Source: Alphaproteobacteria bacterium
Lineage (GTDB): Bacteria; Pseudomonadota; Alphaproteobacteria; Bin95
Direction: 5' to 3'
NCBI GenBank assembly: GCA_963665325.3
Contig: OZ224045.1
Location: 1,664,001-1,728,000, forward strand
Length of the DNA stretch: 64,000 nt
This document shows, piece by piece, positions 30,149 through 40,581 of the stretch. Position 1 is the stretch's first letter. Every line of letters begins with the position of its first letter. The notes under the pieces were generated by a model. It worked only from the letters and a program-made list of their open reading frames with translations. It was not told the origin of the DNA and ran no database searches. The translations under genes were made by a program, and so were the position numbers.

Positions 30149-31029
30149 CACCCCGCCTCCCCCTTCGGGAACAGCAGACGGAAATAGACCGCGGACACGC
30201 CGACCAGCAGCAGCGCGAGCACGAAGGCGATCGCGGATGCATAACCCATGTCGTAGGCGGTGAACCCCATGCGGAAGGCGTAGTAGGTCATCGTGCTGGT
30301 CGACTCGCCGGGGCCGCCGCCGGTCAGAAGATAGACATAGTCGAACATCTTGAAGGAGAAGACCGTCTTGAGGACGAACGCGATGGCGAGCACCGGCATG
30401 AGCTGCGGCAGGACGACCGTCCAGAACGATGTCCAGGCCGACGCCCCATCGACCCGCGCCGCCTCGAGCGTATCGCGCGGGATCGACAGCAGCCCGCCGA
30501 TCAGCATCAGCGACAGGAACGGCCCCCAGTGCCACATGTCGGTGAGAATCAGCCAGGTCATCGCCCAGCCAGAACTTCCCAGCCAGTCTACATGGGCGAG
30601 GAACGGGAACAGCGCATCCAGGACCGCATCGAAGATCCCGAACTCGGGGTTGAGGAAGAAGCGGAACGAGGTGCCCTGGAGCGCGGGCGACATGGCGAAC
30701 GGCAGCACGAGCACGGTGCGGGCAACCGAATAGGTGCGCCCGCGGCGCGCAAGCAGGAGCGCGATCAGCAGCCCGAAAACGACGGCGCCGCCCGCCGACC
30801 CTGCGACGAAGGTAATGGTGACGCCGAGCGAGTTGAGAAAGGATGGGTCGTCGGCGAAGGCGCGCCAGAAATTGTCCAGGAAGACGAAATCGGTCGGCAC
30901 ACGGGACCGGCTCAGGCGCCAGTCCATGAAGCTGATGATGCCGGCATAGCCGAGCGGGTAGATGACGGTTGCCGTGACCAGGAGAAAGGCCGGCATCATC
31001 AACAGGTATTTCAGGTGTCGGTCACGCAT
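30148..31029 (-). CDS. Carbohydrate ABC permease (MalF-like)
   Basis: LEAARVDGAS; LTGGGPG; GYASA. Confidence 0.9.
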   Translation of the reverse strand: MRDRHLKYLLMMPAFLLVTATVIYPLGYAGIISFMDWRLSRSRVPTDFVFLDNFWRAFADDPSFLNSLGVTITFVAGSAGGAVVFGLLIALLLARRGRTYSVARTVLVLPFAMSPALQGTSFRFFLNPEFGIFDAVLDALFPFLAHVDWLGSSGWAMTWLILTDMWHWGPFLSLMLIGGLLSIPRDTLEAARVDGASAWTSFWTVVLPQLMPVLAIAFVLKTVFSFKMFDYVYLLTGGGPGESTSTMTYYAFRMGFTAYDMGYASAIAFVLALLLVGVSAVYFRLLFPKGEAG

Positions 31030-31069
31030 CGCGATGCGCCCGGCTCACACCTCCATCGGTCGTCGCATC

Positions 31070-32392
31070 TCAGCCGCGATCGACCAGCTTCTGCGCCTGC
31101 TCGGCGGCCGCGTCGAGCGCTTCCTTGGGATCGGCACCGTTGCTGACCGCATCCGAGATGGCGTTGGCCAGAACCTGCATGACCTCCGGCCAGACGGCCA
31201 GTTGCGGGAAGATCCGCGAACTCTCGAGGCTGCCCGCAGCGGCCATCTGCAGCCCTTGGTTCGCCGCGTTGACCTCCTCGTCCATCATGTTCTTCTTGTG
31301 CAGCGCGACGATGACGTTGCGCTTTTCCTTCTCGATGACGTTGCGCTTCTCCAGATCCGGGTTGCTGACCCATTTCAGGAACTCCCAGGCGGCTTCCTGC
31401 TTGCTGGAGTTGACGTTAATCGCTGTCGGCATCGACATCGCGAACGTCGTCGACTTGTCGCCTTTGAACGCAGGCAAAGGTGCGAAACCCACCTGCTCCG
31501 GCGTGAGCTTGGTGTTCTTGCCAAGGATGCGGGAGCCGTAATGCCACCACCAGCCCATGAAGAACGCGCTCTGCCCGGCACCCATGGACAGCGAGCCGTC
31601 ATACTGCTCGAAGGACTTGGCGCCTTCGGAGTTCACCTGCAGGTCGTTCTCCAGCGCGACATAGTATTTGAGCGCCTCGACCGCTTCCGGCGAGTTGAAG
31701 GTCACCTTGCCGTCCTTGAACAGGTCGCCGCCGTTGCTCCACAGTATGTTCATCCACACCGCGACGTTCTGGGCGGCCTTCGGCGAGTAGTACATGCCGA
31801 TGCCGATGCCTTCCTTGTCCTTGATGACCTTCGCCACCTCGGCGAGTTCATCCCATGTCTTCGGCACCGGAAGCCCGTGCTTCTCCAGCAAATCCTTGCG
31901 GTAGAACATGAGCTGGGCATGGCCGCGCAGCGGCAGGCCGTAGATCATGCCGTCATAGGTGACCCCGAGCTGGTGTGCGGGGTAGTAGCGGTCGAGCGTG
32001 ACCTCGTCCGCCCCCATCATCTCGTCGATGGGCGCGAACAGATCCTTCAGCCCCGGCCCCCAGTCGTCCTTGTAGTTGATGAGGTCTGGGTCGGCATCGC
32101 CCGCGACCTTGATCGCGAGGATCTTCTCCAGAAGGTTGCGGAAGGGAATGAATTCGAACTCGACCTCTATCCCGGTCAGGTCGGTGAACTCCTGGACCCT
32201 CGCTTCGTGGCCTTCGTATTGGCCGGCCACCGGGGCGAGATAGGTCAGCTTTGTCCCGGCATAGGGCTTGCCCGGCTTGAGGCCATAGGGCAGCGCGTCA
32301 GCGGCGTTCGCAAGGGTCACGCCGCAGACCAGTCCGGCCGCAACCGCGCCGGTCACAAGTGTGCCGATCAGCGTCCTTCGAGTTGTCTGCAT
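31070..32392 (-). CDS. Carbohydrate-type ABC substrate-binding protein
   Basis: TRRTL signal peptide; IYGLP..MFYRKDLL..PKTWDEL; EAAWEFLKW. GGAGG RBS. Confidence 0.9.
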   Translation of the reverse strand: MQTTRRTLIGTLVTGAVAAGLVCGVTLANAADALPYGLKPGKPYAGTKLTYLAPVAGQYEGHEARVQEFTDLTGIEVEFEFIPFRNLLEKILAIKVAGDADPDLINYKDDWGPGLKDLFAPIDEMMGADEVTLDRYYPAHQLGVTYDGMIYGLPLRGHAQLMFYRKDLLEKHGLPVPKTWDELAEVAKVIKDKEGIGIGMYYSPKAAQNVAVWMNILWSNGGDLFKDGKVTFNSPEAVEALKYYVALENDLQVNSEGAKSFEQYDGSLSMGAGQSAFFMGWWWHYGSRILGKNTKLTPEQVGFAPLPAFKGDKSTTFAMSMPTAINVNSSKQEAAWEFLKWVSNPDLEKRNVIEKEKRNVIVALHKKNMMDEEVNAANQGLQMAAAGSLESSRIFPQLAVWPEVMQVLANAISDAVSNGADPKEALDAAAEQAQKLVDRG

Positions 32393-32546
32393 GGTTTCCT
32401 CCGACAGATGTTGTTCCGACAACCGGACGGGGTTTCCAGACCCAACTCTACCCGGCTCATAAAGGCGATCCTCTATTGGAAAGCCTTCGGCCCGGATGCC
32501 GCTTGGGTCTAAGTTGCACAATTGAACTCAAGGCCGCTAGCTTTTT

Positions 32547-32562
32547 TTGCATGCGTATGCAA
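32547..32562. promoter_or_regulatory. LacI-family operator in the divergent promoter
   Basis: TTGCATGCGTATGCAA, near-perfect palindrome with central CG. It lies just downstream of a candidate TTGCAC-N18-TAGCTT promoter (32514-32543). Confidence 0.75.
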
Positions 32563-32639
32563 TTTTCTTTGCGCTCGGGGCTTGCCCGGCACTGTCGCGG
32601 CGGCTACCGAACGGTCGCGGCAGGGAACCGGAGGGCGGG

Positions 32640-33719
32640 ATGGCGACGATCTCGTTGCGCAGTCTGACCAAGCGATGGGGGGATGTCGTCGCGGTCGACA
32701 ACCAGTCCCTGGAGATCGCGGACACCGAGTTCCTGGTTCTGCTGGGACCGTCCGGATGCGGCAAGACCACGACGATGCGGATGATCGCCGGGCTAGAGGA
32801 TCCGACCCAGGGCGAGGTGTGGATCGGTGACCGCATGGTCAATGAGGCTCTGCCGAAGGACCGGGACATCGCCATGGTGTTCCAGAATTACGGCCTCTAC
32901 CCGCACATGACCGTGTTCGGGAACATCGCCTATCCCCTGAAGGTCCGGCGCACACCGGGGGCGGAGATCCGTGAGCGCGTCGGCGCGGCGGCAGAGAAGG
33001 TGCAGCTCGGCAACCTGCTCCAGCGCAAACCCCGCGAGCTCTCGGGCGGTCAGCGCCAGCGTGTCGCGCTCGCCAGGGCCATCGTGCGCCGCCCGCAGGC
33101 CTTTCTGATGGACGAGCCCCTGTCGAATCTGGACGCCAAGCTTCGGGTCACCATGCGGGCCGAGTTGAAACATCTCAGCCACGAACTCCAGATCACCACG
33201 GTCTATGTCACCCACGACCAGATCGAGGCGATGACGCTTGCCGACCGTGTTGCGATCATGAACGAGGGGCGAATCCAGCAGCTCGGGCCGCCGGACGAGA
33301 TATACAACGAACCGAGGAACCTCTTCGTCGCCGGGTTCATCGGCTCGCCGGCGATGAACCTGCTTGAGGGCGAGGTCGCCGATAACCGGTTCCGGGTCAG
33401 CGGCACGGCGGTCGCGCCCGTCGCCGGGCCTCCGCGTGGCGGTCTCGTGCTCGGCGTGCGGCCCGAGGATCTGAAACTGACAGCGGCGGGCGAAGGCGAT
33501 TTCGATGCGCCGGTTTACGCCTCCGAGCTTACCGGCGAGAGTGTGCTGGTGACGCTGGAGGTAGGCGGGAACCGGATCGCCGCCAAGGCGGACCGCCAAG
33601 TACGGCACAGTATCGGTGAATGTGTCGGCATCGAGGTCGACGCCTCGCGAATCTATCTGTTCGATTCCGCCAGCGGCGAACGTGTGCCGTCGGCGCCGCG
33701 CGACCCGCAAGGAGACTAG
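32640..33719 (+). CDS. Sugar ABC ATP-binding protein (MalK/UgpC-like)
   Basis: GPSGCGKT, MVFQNYGLYPHM, LSGGQRQR, DEPLSNLDAKLR, TOBE-like tail. Confidence 0.93.
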   Translation: MATISLRSLTKRWGDVVAVDNQSLEIADTEFLVLLGPSGCGKTTTMRMIAGLEDPTQGEVWIGDRMVNEALPKDRDIAMVFQNYGLYPHMTVFGNIAYPLKVRRTPGAEIRERVGAAAEKVQLGNLLQRKPRELSGGQRQRVALARAIVRRPQAFLMDEPLSNLDAKLRVTMRAELKHLSHELQITTVYVTHDQIEAMTLADRVAIMNEGRIQQLGPPDEIYNEPRNLFVAGFIGSPAMNLLEGEVADNRFRVSGTAVAPVAGPPRGGLVLGVRPEDLKLTAAGEGDFDAPVYASELTGESVLVTLEVGGNRIAAKADRQVRHSIGECVGIEVDASRIYLFDSASGERVPSAPRDPQGD

Positions 33720-33722
33720 CTG

Positions 33723-34745
33723 GTGACTTCCTGGACCCAGAACGCGATGGAAAGCAGGCTCGTTCGCTACGACGATCTCGTCCCCTGCGAGGCCGCCTTC
33801 CTCGATTCCCGCACCCCCGGCTCCGACAAGAAGGAGAATTTCTGCATCATCGGTCCGGGCGTTGCCGAGAACCCCGGGCAGTATGTGCACATCGCCGAGC
33901 CGCACGGCTTCAACATCGGCGGCGCGCGCCAGCCCGGCGGCTGCGTCAACTCCCAGCATTCCCACACAACCGCGGAGGTCTTCGTCGTCCATAGCGGACA
34001 TTGGCGTATCCTGTTCGGTCCCGACAGGGAGGACGGCCATCTCGACGCCGGGCCGGGGGACGTTGTGTCCATCCCGGTGCACATGTTCCGAGGCTTCGAA
34101 AAGCTCGACGAGGGGCTGGGGTTTCTCTGGGTCGTGCTCGGCAGTGACGATCCCGGTCAGGTCGCCTGGGCGCCCGAGGTATTTGCGCGCGCCGAACGGA
34201 CGGGGCTTCGCCTGCTCAAGGGCGGCGAGCTGATCGAGGTCGCCGAAGGCGAGAGCCTCCCGCCCGGCGCCGAACCCGAGGAGCCGCCTTCGCCGGCCCA
34301 GTTGGCCGCCTGGGCGACGCCGCCGATGGCGGAGATGAAAAGGGGCCTCTGCCGCGGTTGCAACATGGCTGCCAATCCCGCCTCCCGTCTCGCGGGCGAG
34401 GGCATCGAGGAATGCGGGGTCCTCAATCTGGTCGATACCGCCGACGGGTTCCCGGCAGGCCCGATCGGGGGCGGGTGGCCGCATGGGTTCGCCCTGCGCC
34501 AACTGCGGATGACGAGTGGCGCGCGCATTCCCCTGCATACCCGCTTCGAGCCCGAGGTGGTCTTCGTACATGACGGCGAGCTCAGCGTTTCCTGGCCGGA
34601 AGGCGAGGTGGTCATGCGACGGGGCGACACGATGTCGGTACCGGTGGGCATTCCCCGCAGCTTCCGAAACAGCGGGCCGGAACGCGCCGTCGCCTATGTC
34701 GTGCGCGGCAGCGACAATCCGGGCGCGCCTCGGTTCGAACAATAG
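33723..34745 (+). CDS. Bicupin-domain protein
   Basis: QHSHTTAEVF..GDVVSIP..FRGF (cupin 1); LHTRFEPEVVF..GDTMSVP..RSFRN (cupin 2). Confidence 0.8.
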   Translation: MTSWTQNAMESRLVRYDDLVPCEAAFLDSRTPGSDKKENFCIIGPGVAENPGQYVHIAEPHGFNIGGARQPGGCVNSQHSHTTAEVFVVHSGHWRILFGPDREDGHLDAGPGDVVSIPVHMFRGFEKLDEGLGFLWVVLGSDDPGQVAWAPEVFARAERTGLRLLKGGELIEVAEGESLPPGAEPEEPPSPAQLAAWATPPMAEMKRGLCRGCNMAANPASRLAGEGIEECGVLNLVDTADGFPAGPIGGGWPHGFALRQLRMTSGARIPLHTRFEPEVVFVHDGELSVSWPEGEVVMRRGDTMSVPVGIPRSFRNSGPERAVAYVVRGSDNPGAPRFEQ

Positions 34746-34777
34746 CCGGCTGCGCGCTGCCTGGGCGGAGGACGGGG

Positions 34778-35890
34778 ATGTCCGCTGGCGAAGACGGGAC
34801 ACCCCGCCCGGAAGGCGGGCCTGCGGCGACCGCTCGGCATGCGGTGACTGCGGAGGAAGTCGCGCGCCGGGCCGGTGTCTCCCAGTCGGCCGTCTCGAGG
34901 GCCTTTACACCGGGCGCAAGCGTCGCGCCCAAGACGCGCGAGAAGGTTCTCGCGGCGGCGCGGGAGCTGGGCTACCGCCCGAACGCAATGGCGCGGTCGT
35001 TGATTACTAACCGCTCGCGCATCATCGGCGTCGTGATGGCCTATCTCGACAACATGATCTATCCCGACGTTCTCGAGAAACTGGCCGCCAGCCTGCAGCA
35101 GCGCGGATACCAGATGCTGCTGTTCACCGGGTTCAAGGACCGCCATTCCGACCCGATCTTCGAGCAGGTCATGCAGTACCGGGTCGACGGGCTCCTGCTC
35201 GCATCCACGACGCTCTCCTCGGACCTGTCCGACGAATGCACCGCGGCCGGCGTGCCGGTGGTCATGTTCAACCGCATGACCGAGCACCCGCTATGCTCCA
35301 GCGTGACCAGTGACAACCGCAAGGGCGGACGACAGATCGCCGAGTTCCTGGTCGCCGGCGGTCACCGCCGCTTCGCCTATATCGCGGGCGCGGCGACCTC
35401 CTCGACCAACCGGGACCGCGAGGCCGGTTTTCGCGAGGGGTTGCTGCAGCACGGAATTGCGCAGATCGGCTATGCCGAGGGCAATCTCGAACTGGCGGAT
35501 ACCCGGGCCGCCGCGCGCGGCCTGTTCGCAGCAGACGAGCCGCCCGATGCGGTTTTCGTCGGCAGCGATCACATGGCGCTCGCCGTCATGGAGGTCGCCA
35601 GGCACGAGTTTGGGCTGCGTGTCCCGGAGGACGTGTCCATTGTCGGCTACGACGATGTCGGGGCAGCGGACTGGCCGAGCTTTTCGCTCACCTCGTTCAC
35701 GCTGCCGGTGGCGCCGATGATCGACGCGGCGGTCGAGCTGATGATGGAGCAGATCGAGAGTTCGTCGATCCTCTCCCACCACCGGGTGGTGCCGGGCCGC
35801 CTGGCGGTGCGAGGCAGTGCGCGTCTGCCGGGGGAGCCGGTCCGCGACCGGGACGGAACGCTCATATGGGCGCCCGCCGGGATCGAGTGA
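34778..35890 (+). CDS. LacI-family transcriptional regulator
   Basis: VTAEEVARRAGVSQSAVSRAF HTH, LGYRPN hinge, VPEDVSIVGYDD. Confidence 0.93.
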   Translation: MSAGEDGTPRPEGGPAATARHAVTAEEVARRAGVSQSAVSRAFTPGASVAPKTREKVLAAARELGYRPNAMARSLITNRSRIIGVVMAYLDNMIYPDVLEKLAASLQQRGYQMLLFTGFKDRHSDPIFEQVMQYRVDGLLLASTTLSSDLSDECTAAGVPVVMFNRMTEHPLCSSVTSDNRKGGRQIAEFLVAGGHRRFAYIAGAATSSTNRDREAGFREGLLQHGIAQIGYAEGNLELADTRAAARGLFAADEPPDAVFVGSDHMALAVMEVARHEFGLRVPEDVSIVGYDDVGAADWPSFSLTSFTLPVAPMIDAAVELMMEQIESSSILSHHRVVPGRLAVRGSARLPGEPVRDRDGTLIWAPAGIE

Positions 35891-35922
35891 CCTAACGGGA
35901 CAAGTCGGACAAGGGAAGCAGC

Positions 35923-37062
35923 ATGTTCAACACCGACCATATTCAGACGACTCATGTCGGCAGCCTTCCGAGGCGCGACGACGTTGCCGCCGGGCTGTTC
36001 GCGCGCGAGCGCGGCGAGGACTTCGATCCGGCCGCATTTCGAGCCTGCCTGGACGATGCGGTGGATGCCATCGTTGCGCGGCAGCGCGTCGTCGGTATTG
36101 ATTTGCCCTCCGACGGCGAGCTCGGCAAGATCTCCTACGCCACCTATATCAAGGACCGCCTGACCGGCTTCGACGGGGACAGCCCGCGACGGCCGCCCGC
36201 GGACCTCGCCGATTTCCCCGACTATCTGAAGAAGCTCGCGGCGAGCGGCGGCACGCCGACCTACCGGAGTCCCCGGTGTGTCGGGCCGATCGCGGTGAAG
36301 GACCTGGGCCCTCTGGACGAAGACATCGCCAGGTTCCGCAGCGCGCTCGAAAAGACGGGCTTCTCGGGCGGTTTCATGAATTCTGCCTCGCCCGGCGTCA
36401 TCGCCCAGTTCCAGCCGTCCGATTTCCACCCGGATCACGAATCCTATGTACGGGATCTCGGCGCCGCGATGCGTACCGAATACGAGGCGATCGCGGCGGC
36501 AGGCCTGACGCTTCAGATCGACGCGCCGGATCTCGCCCTCGGCCGGCATGTCCTGTTTGCGCAATTGGACGATGAAGCGTTCCTGAGGATCGCGGAAATG
36601 CATGTCGAGGTGATCAATGAGGCGCTGACCGACGTTCCGCGCGAGCAGGTCCGGCTGCATATCTGCTGGGGAAATTACGAGGGACCCCATACCCACGACA
36701 TCGCGATGGAGAAGGTGCTTCCCGTGCTCCTCAAGGTGAAGGCGGGAGGCCTGCTGTTCGAGACCGCGAACCCCCGCCACGGCCATGAATGGCGGGCCTG
36801 GCGGGACGCCGACCTGCCCGACGATCTGGTGCTCATCCCCGGTGTGATCGACAGCACCACCAACTATGTCGAGCACCCGCGCAACGTCGCTGACCGTATC
36901 CTGCGCTTCGCCGACATCGTCGGGCGGGAGCGGGTGATCGCCGGAACCGATTGCGGGTTCTCGACGTTTGCGGGATACGGCGTGGTGGACCAGGAAATCG
37001 TTTTCGCAAAACTCCGGGCACTAGCCGAGGGCGCGGCGATCGCAAGCGAAGAGTTGTTCTGA
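35923..37062 (+). CDS. Cobalamin-independent methionine synthase II family (single-barrel MetE / epoxyalkane:CoM transferase-like)
   Basis: TTHVGSLPR, DGE, Zn ligands HICWGN and DCGF, PGVID. Confidence 0.9.
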   Translation: MFNTDHIQTTHVGSLPRRDDVAAGLFARERGEDFDPAAFRACLDDAVDAIVARQRVVGIDLPSDGELGKISYATYIKDRLTGFDGDSPRRPPADLADFPDYLKKLAASGGTPTYRSPRCVGPIAVKDLGPLDEDIARFRSALEKTGFSGGFMNSASPGVIAQFQPSDFHPDHESYVRDLGAAMRTEYEAIAAAGLTLQIDAPDLALGRHVLFAQLDDEAFLRIAEMHVEVINEALTDVPREQVRLHICWGNYEGPHTHDIAMEKVLPVLLKVKAGGLLFETANPRHGHEWRAWRDADLPDDLVLIPGVIDSTTNYVEHPRNVADRILRFADIVGRERVIAGTDCGFSTFAGYGVVDQEIVFAKLRALAEGAAIASEELF

Positions 37063-37188
37063 CCGCGCCGATGGTCGCTTCGGCGTGCGGACCGCCGATC
37101 CGATAACAGATATTTTTCCGCCGGCGCCGCCCAGCACGTTCGATCCGGCGATGGAAGTCGGCCAATCGAGCCCAGGAATGGATTTACG

Positions 37189-38292
37189 TCACGCCTTCTC
37201 GCACACCAGGTAAATGTGGACATAGTCCATGGCGTGGCCCTTGGGGCTTTGCCGGACCCGGTCTTCGTAACTGTCGTAGAACTGGTCGACGATCGCCTGC
37301 TTTTCCGCCGCCGGTCGGGCCGGCGAAAGGCCGGCCACGAAGGTGTGCTCGCTCCACGACCGCAGGGTCGGGATATAGTCGACGGCAAACCTGCCGGCAT
37401 CGCCGCGGTCGGCGAAATCCCGTTCATAGGGGCAGCGAACGACCCGGGTCTCGACATGCTTCAGCCGCAGCCCGGCCCGGAACACAGGATTTCGTTCGTC
37501 TGTCAGCGGCGCGCAGAACTGATCGACGGTGCGGTAGCACTGGGCGAAATTGGTGTTGCGATATTCGTCGAGCGTTATCGTTCCCTCGTCCGCCAGCTCG
37601 CGCCACAATTCGCTGAAGGTATCGAACATGCTGACGCCGCCGGTATTGCCCAGATAGCGGCCTTCCTCGTCGATCCCGAAGTTGAACAGCGTCAGGTGAC
37701 CGCCGGGCACGAGTTCCCGCGCCCGCAGGAGCAACATGTCTTCCCAGTCCCGCGCGCCCTGCGCTTCGTAGGCCTCGCGCACCGTGCCGGACGCGCCGAC
37801 CATATGGACGTGATCGGGAATTTCGCAGGGTTTCTCGCTGATATAGTGCGAGGCCGTGGCCGAGAATCCGAGATGCAGGCTATCGGGCGGGAACATGCTC
37901 TTGTGAAAGGAGGTGCCGCTGGCGAAGACATAGAGATCCGGAATATCGAGCAACGCGCTTTCCAGATCGGTCAGGCCGTGGACGTTCTGGAACAGCTGGC
38001 TGAAATCGTTGCGCGGAAGGTCTGTATAGACCAACTGGATCGGGTGGCCGGGCGCGCGCCGACGCAAGGCGCTCAGGACCTTGCCGATCATTTCCATCGA
38101 GGTGCCGCCGTCGGCGCAGCCCATGTCCGCCACCGTGATCGGTCGGCCGTCCTCCGGGACAGGCACCGCGTTTGCAGCCTCCAGGACCATCGGCGTCGCA
38201 TTGTCGATGACATCCTTCGCGCCGGCGGTGGACCTGGAATAGTAGCCGGCGCCCTTCATGGCGACGTCGCGGATGCTGGAGGTGCTGGTCAT
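37189..38292 (-). CDS. SABATH-family SAM-dependent (carboxyl or N) methyltransferase
   Basis: MKGAGYYS, ADMGCADG, TDLPRNDFS, GTSFH..FPPDSLHLGFSATASH, LLRARELVPGG. Confidence 0.85.
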   Translation of the reverse strand: MTSTSSIRDVAMKGAGYYSRSTAGAKDVIDNATPMVLEAANAVPVPEDGRPITVADMGCADGGTSMEMIGKVLSALRRRAPGHPIQLVYTDLPRNDFSQLFQNVHGLTDLESALLDIPDLYVFASGTSFHKSMFPPDSLHLGFSATASHYISEKPCEIPDHVHMVGASGTVREAYEAQGARDWEDMLLLRARELVPGGHLTLFNFGIDEEGRYLGNTGGVSMFDTFSELWRELADEGTITLDEYRNTNFAQCYRTVDQFCAPLTDERNPVFRAGLRLKHVETRVVRCPYERDFADRGDAGRFAVDYIPTLRSWSEHTFVAGLSPARPAAEKQAIVDQFYDSYEDRVRQSPKGHAMDYVHIYLVCEKA

Positions 38293-38544
38293 TCGCAATT
38301 GCCCGATCGTCGGAATAGCCGTTGGATGAACCGTTGAATGGCGGGTCAGGCTGCCAGCCCGCGCACTTTCTCGACGATGACGAGATCAACCCCGATTGGC
38401 AACGCCGCGGCCCGGGCCCGCGCCTGCGAACACTGCGCGCGGGAAGGCCGAAAATGCGTCACAATACGCAATATGGCGCCGGTCCGTCGCATTGGCCTAG
38501 TCGGTGCCCGCTCACCAGTCGCCGGACGCCCCTGGCAGGACAAC

Positions 38545-40578
38545 ATGCAAGATTCGATACCCACTTTCCGTGTCGGTGTAGATGTCGGGGGAACCTTTAC
38601 GGATGCCGTTGCCTATGACGACGAAACCCGGTCGGTTCGCTACGCCAAGGTACCCTCGACACCCGGAGATCCGGCCGAGGCGGTAATAGCCGCCCTCGAC
38701 GCCCTCGACATCGGAAGCTCCGATATCGACCGGTTCGTGCATGGCATCACCATCGGCACCAACGCGATCCTCGAAGGCAAGGGCGCGGAGGTCTGGATGC
38801 TGGTCACGCGCGGATTCCGGGACGTGCTTGAGATTGCGCGAACCAATCGCGCCACCCTTTACGACATCACGACCCTGAAGCCGCCGCCCATCGTTCCGCG
38901 CAAACGCACCGTCGAAATCGATGAGAGGATCATGTTCGACGGCTCGGTGCTGGCGCCGCTGGATGAGGACCGGGTCCAGGACGCGATCGACCGCTTGTCC
39001 CTGGGGCCGGACGCTGCCGTGGTCGTGTGCTTCCTACACAGCTACGCCTTTCCCGATCACGAGCGCTGGGTTGCTGCGCTGCTCCGGGAAACGCATCGGC
39101 ATGTATTCGTGTGCACATCTTCCGACGTGCTGCCGCAGTTCCGCGAATATGAGCGTTTCAATACAGCCGCGCTGAACGCCTATATCGGCCCGTTGATGAA
39201 CCGTTATCTGACAGACCTCGAAGACCGCCTGCGGGACCGAGGCTATGGCCGCAACGTCTTCATCATGACGTCGAACGGCGGGGTCTCTACTGCCGGGCGG
39301 GCGCGGCGGTTGCCGATAGCCACGGTCCTTTCCGGTCCTGCCGGCGGCGTGGCAGCAACCCTGCATCTCGGGTCCCGAAGCGGAGTTCGCAATCTGATCA
39401 CCTGTGACATGGGCGGGACCAGTACCGATGTCTGCCTGATCTCGGACCTGCAGGTGCCCGTGACTAATGAGCAGACGATCGGGCCCTATGCAAATCGCAC
39501 GCCCCAGATCGAAATCAACGCAGTCGGAGCCGGCGGCGGCAGCATAGCCTGGCTCGATGCCGGAGATATCCTGATGGTGGGGCCCCAAAGCGCCGGCGCG
39601 GTACCGGGTCCTGCCTGCTACGGACAGGGTGGAACCGATGCGACCGTGACGGACGCCAATCTGGTGCTGAACCGTCTGAAGTCCGGGTCCCGGCTGGCCG
39701 GCCACATCGCGCTCGACCGCGACCGCGCGCTTGCTGCGATGGCGCCGGTGATGGCAAAGCTCGGTCTGGAGGCGGATGCACTGGCCGAGGGAATCGTCCG
39801 CATTGCGGTCGCCCGCATGGTCAGCGCGATCAAGCAGATCTCCATCGCCAAGGGTTTCGATCCGCGCGATTTCGTTCTCTGCTCCTATGGCGGCGCGGGG
39901 CCCATGCATGCGGCGATCATTGCCGACGAAATGGATATCTCGCGTGTTGTCCTGCCACGCGGTCCCGGCAATTTCGCCGCACTCGGCTCGCTCATCTCGG
40001 ATATCCGCCAGGACCATGTGCTGACAAGAACGCTGCAACCCGCCCGCGTCGGCTTTGCCGAAGTGGACCGTGTGTTCCGGGGCATGGAAGATGAAGGCCG
40101 GGCGCAATTGCAGGCCGAAGGCGTCGCGGCGGAAAACATCGTCGTCAGACGGTCGCTCGGCATGCGCTATCTGGGCCAGTCCTGGGAACTCGACGTGGAT
40201 ATCCCGGACGATGTGCAGAGCGCGGAGGCAATCGACGCAGCCTTCCATGCCGTACACGACCGGCGCTTCGGCCACCGCAGCGCCGGCGCAACCGAGATCG
40301 TTACCTTCCGGATCGCCGCAATCGGCCGCGTTGCGCCTCTTGCATTGCCGACACTGACCGGCGGCGGCGATCCAGCTGCTGCTATCGTCGAACGTCGCAG
40401 CGTCTATTTCGACGGCGCCTTTCGGGATACGCCGGTCTTCGACCGGGACCGCATACCGCCTGAGGCGGCGATCGAAGGTCCTGCGATCATCGAGGAAGCG
40501 GGCGCGACGACTGTGTTGCCGCCGGCCTGGCGCGGATACGCGAACGTGCATGGCGATCTCATGCTCGAACGGAGATAG
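38545..40578 (+). CDS. Hydantoinase/oxoprolinase subunit A (HyuA-like)
   Basis: GVDVGGTFTD, REYERF, SGPAGG, DMGGTSTD, GAGGGS, TVTDAN. Confidence 0.93.
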   Translation: MQDSIPTFRVGVDVGGTFTDAVAYDDETRSVRYAKVPSTPGDPAEAVIAALDALDIGSSDIDRFVHGITIGTNAILEGKGAEVWMLVTRGFRDVLEIARTNRATLYDITTLKPPPIVPRKRTVEIDERIMFDGSVLAPLDEDRVQDAIDRLSLGPDAAVVVCFLHSYAFPDHERWVAALLRETHRHVFVCTSSDVLPQFREYERFNTAALNAYIGPLMNRYLTDLEDRLRDRGYGRNVFIMTSNGGVSTAGRARRLPIATVLSGPAGGVAATLHLGSRSGVRNLITCDMGGTSTDVCLISDLQVPVTNEQTIGPYANRTPQIEINAVGAGGGSIAWLDAGDILMVGPQSAGAVPGPACYGQGGTDATVTDANLVLNRLKSGSRLAGHIALDRDRALAAMAPVMAKLGLEADALAEGIVRIAVARMVSAIKQISIAKGFDPRDFVLCSYGGAGPMHAAIIADEMDISRVVLPRGPGNFAALGSLISDIRQDHVLTRTLQPARVGFAEVDRVFRGMEDEGRAQLQAEGVAAENIVVRRSLGMRYLGQSWELDVDIPDDVQSAEAIDAAFHAVHDRRFGHRSAGATEIVTFRIAAIGRVAPLALPTLTGGGDPAAAIVERRSVYFDGAFRDTPVFDRDRIPPEAAIEGPAIIEEAGATTVLPPAWRGYANVHGDLMLERR

Positions 40579-40581
40579 AAG

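Noticed and set aside
35923-37062. Canonical metE
   Set aside because: Only 379 aa, a single barrel without the N-terminal half; function may differ from methionine synthesis.
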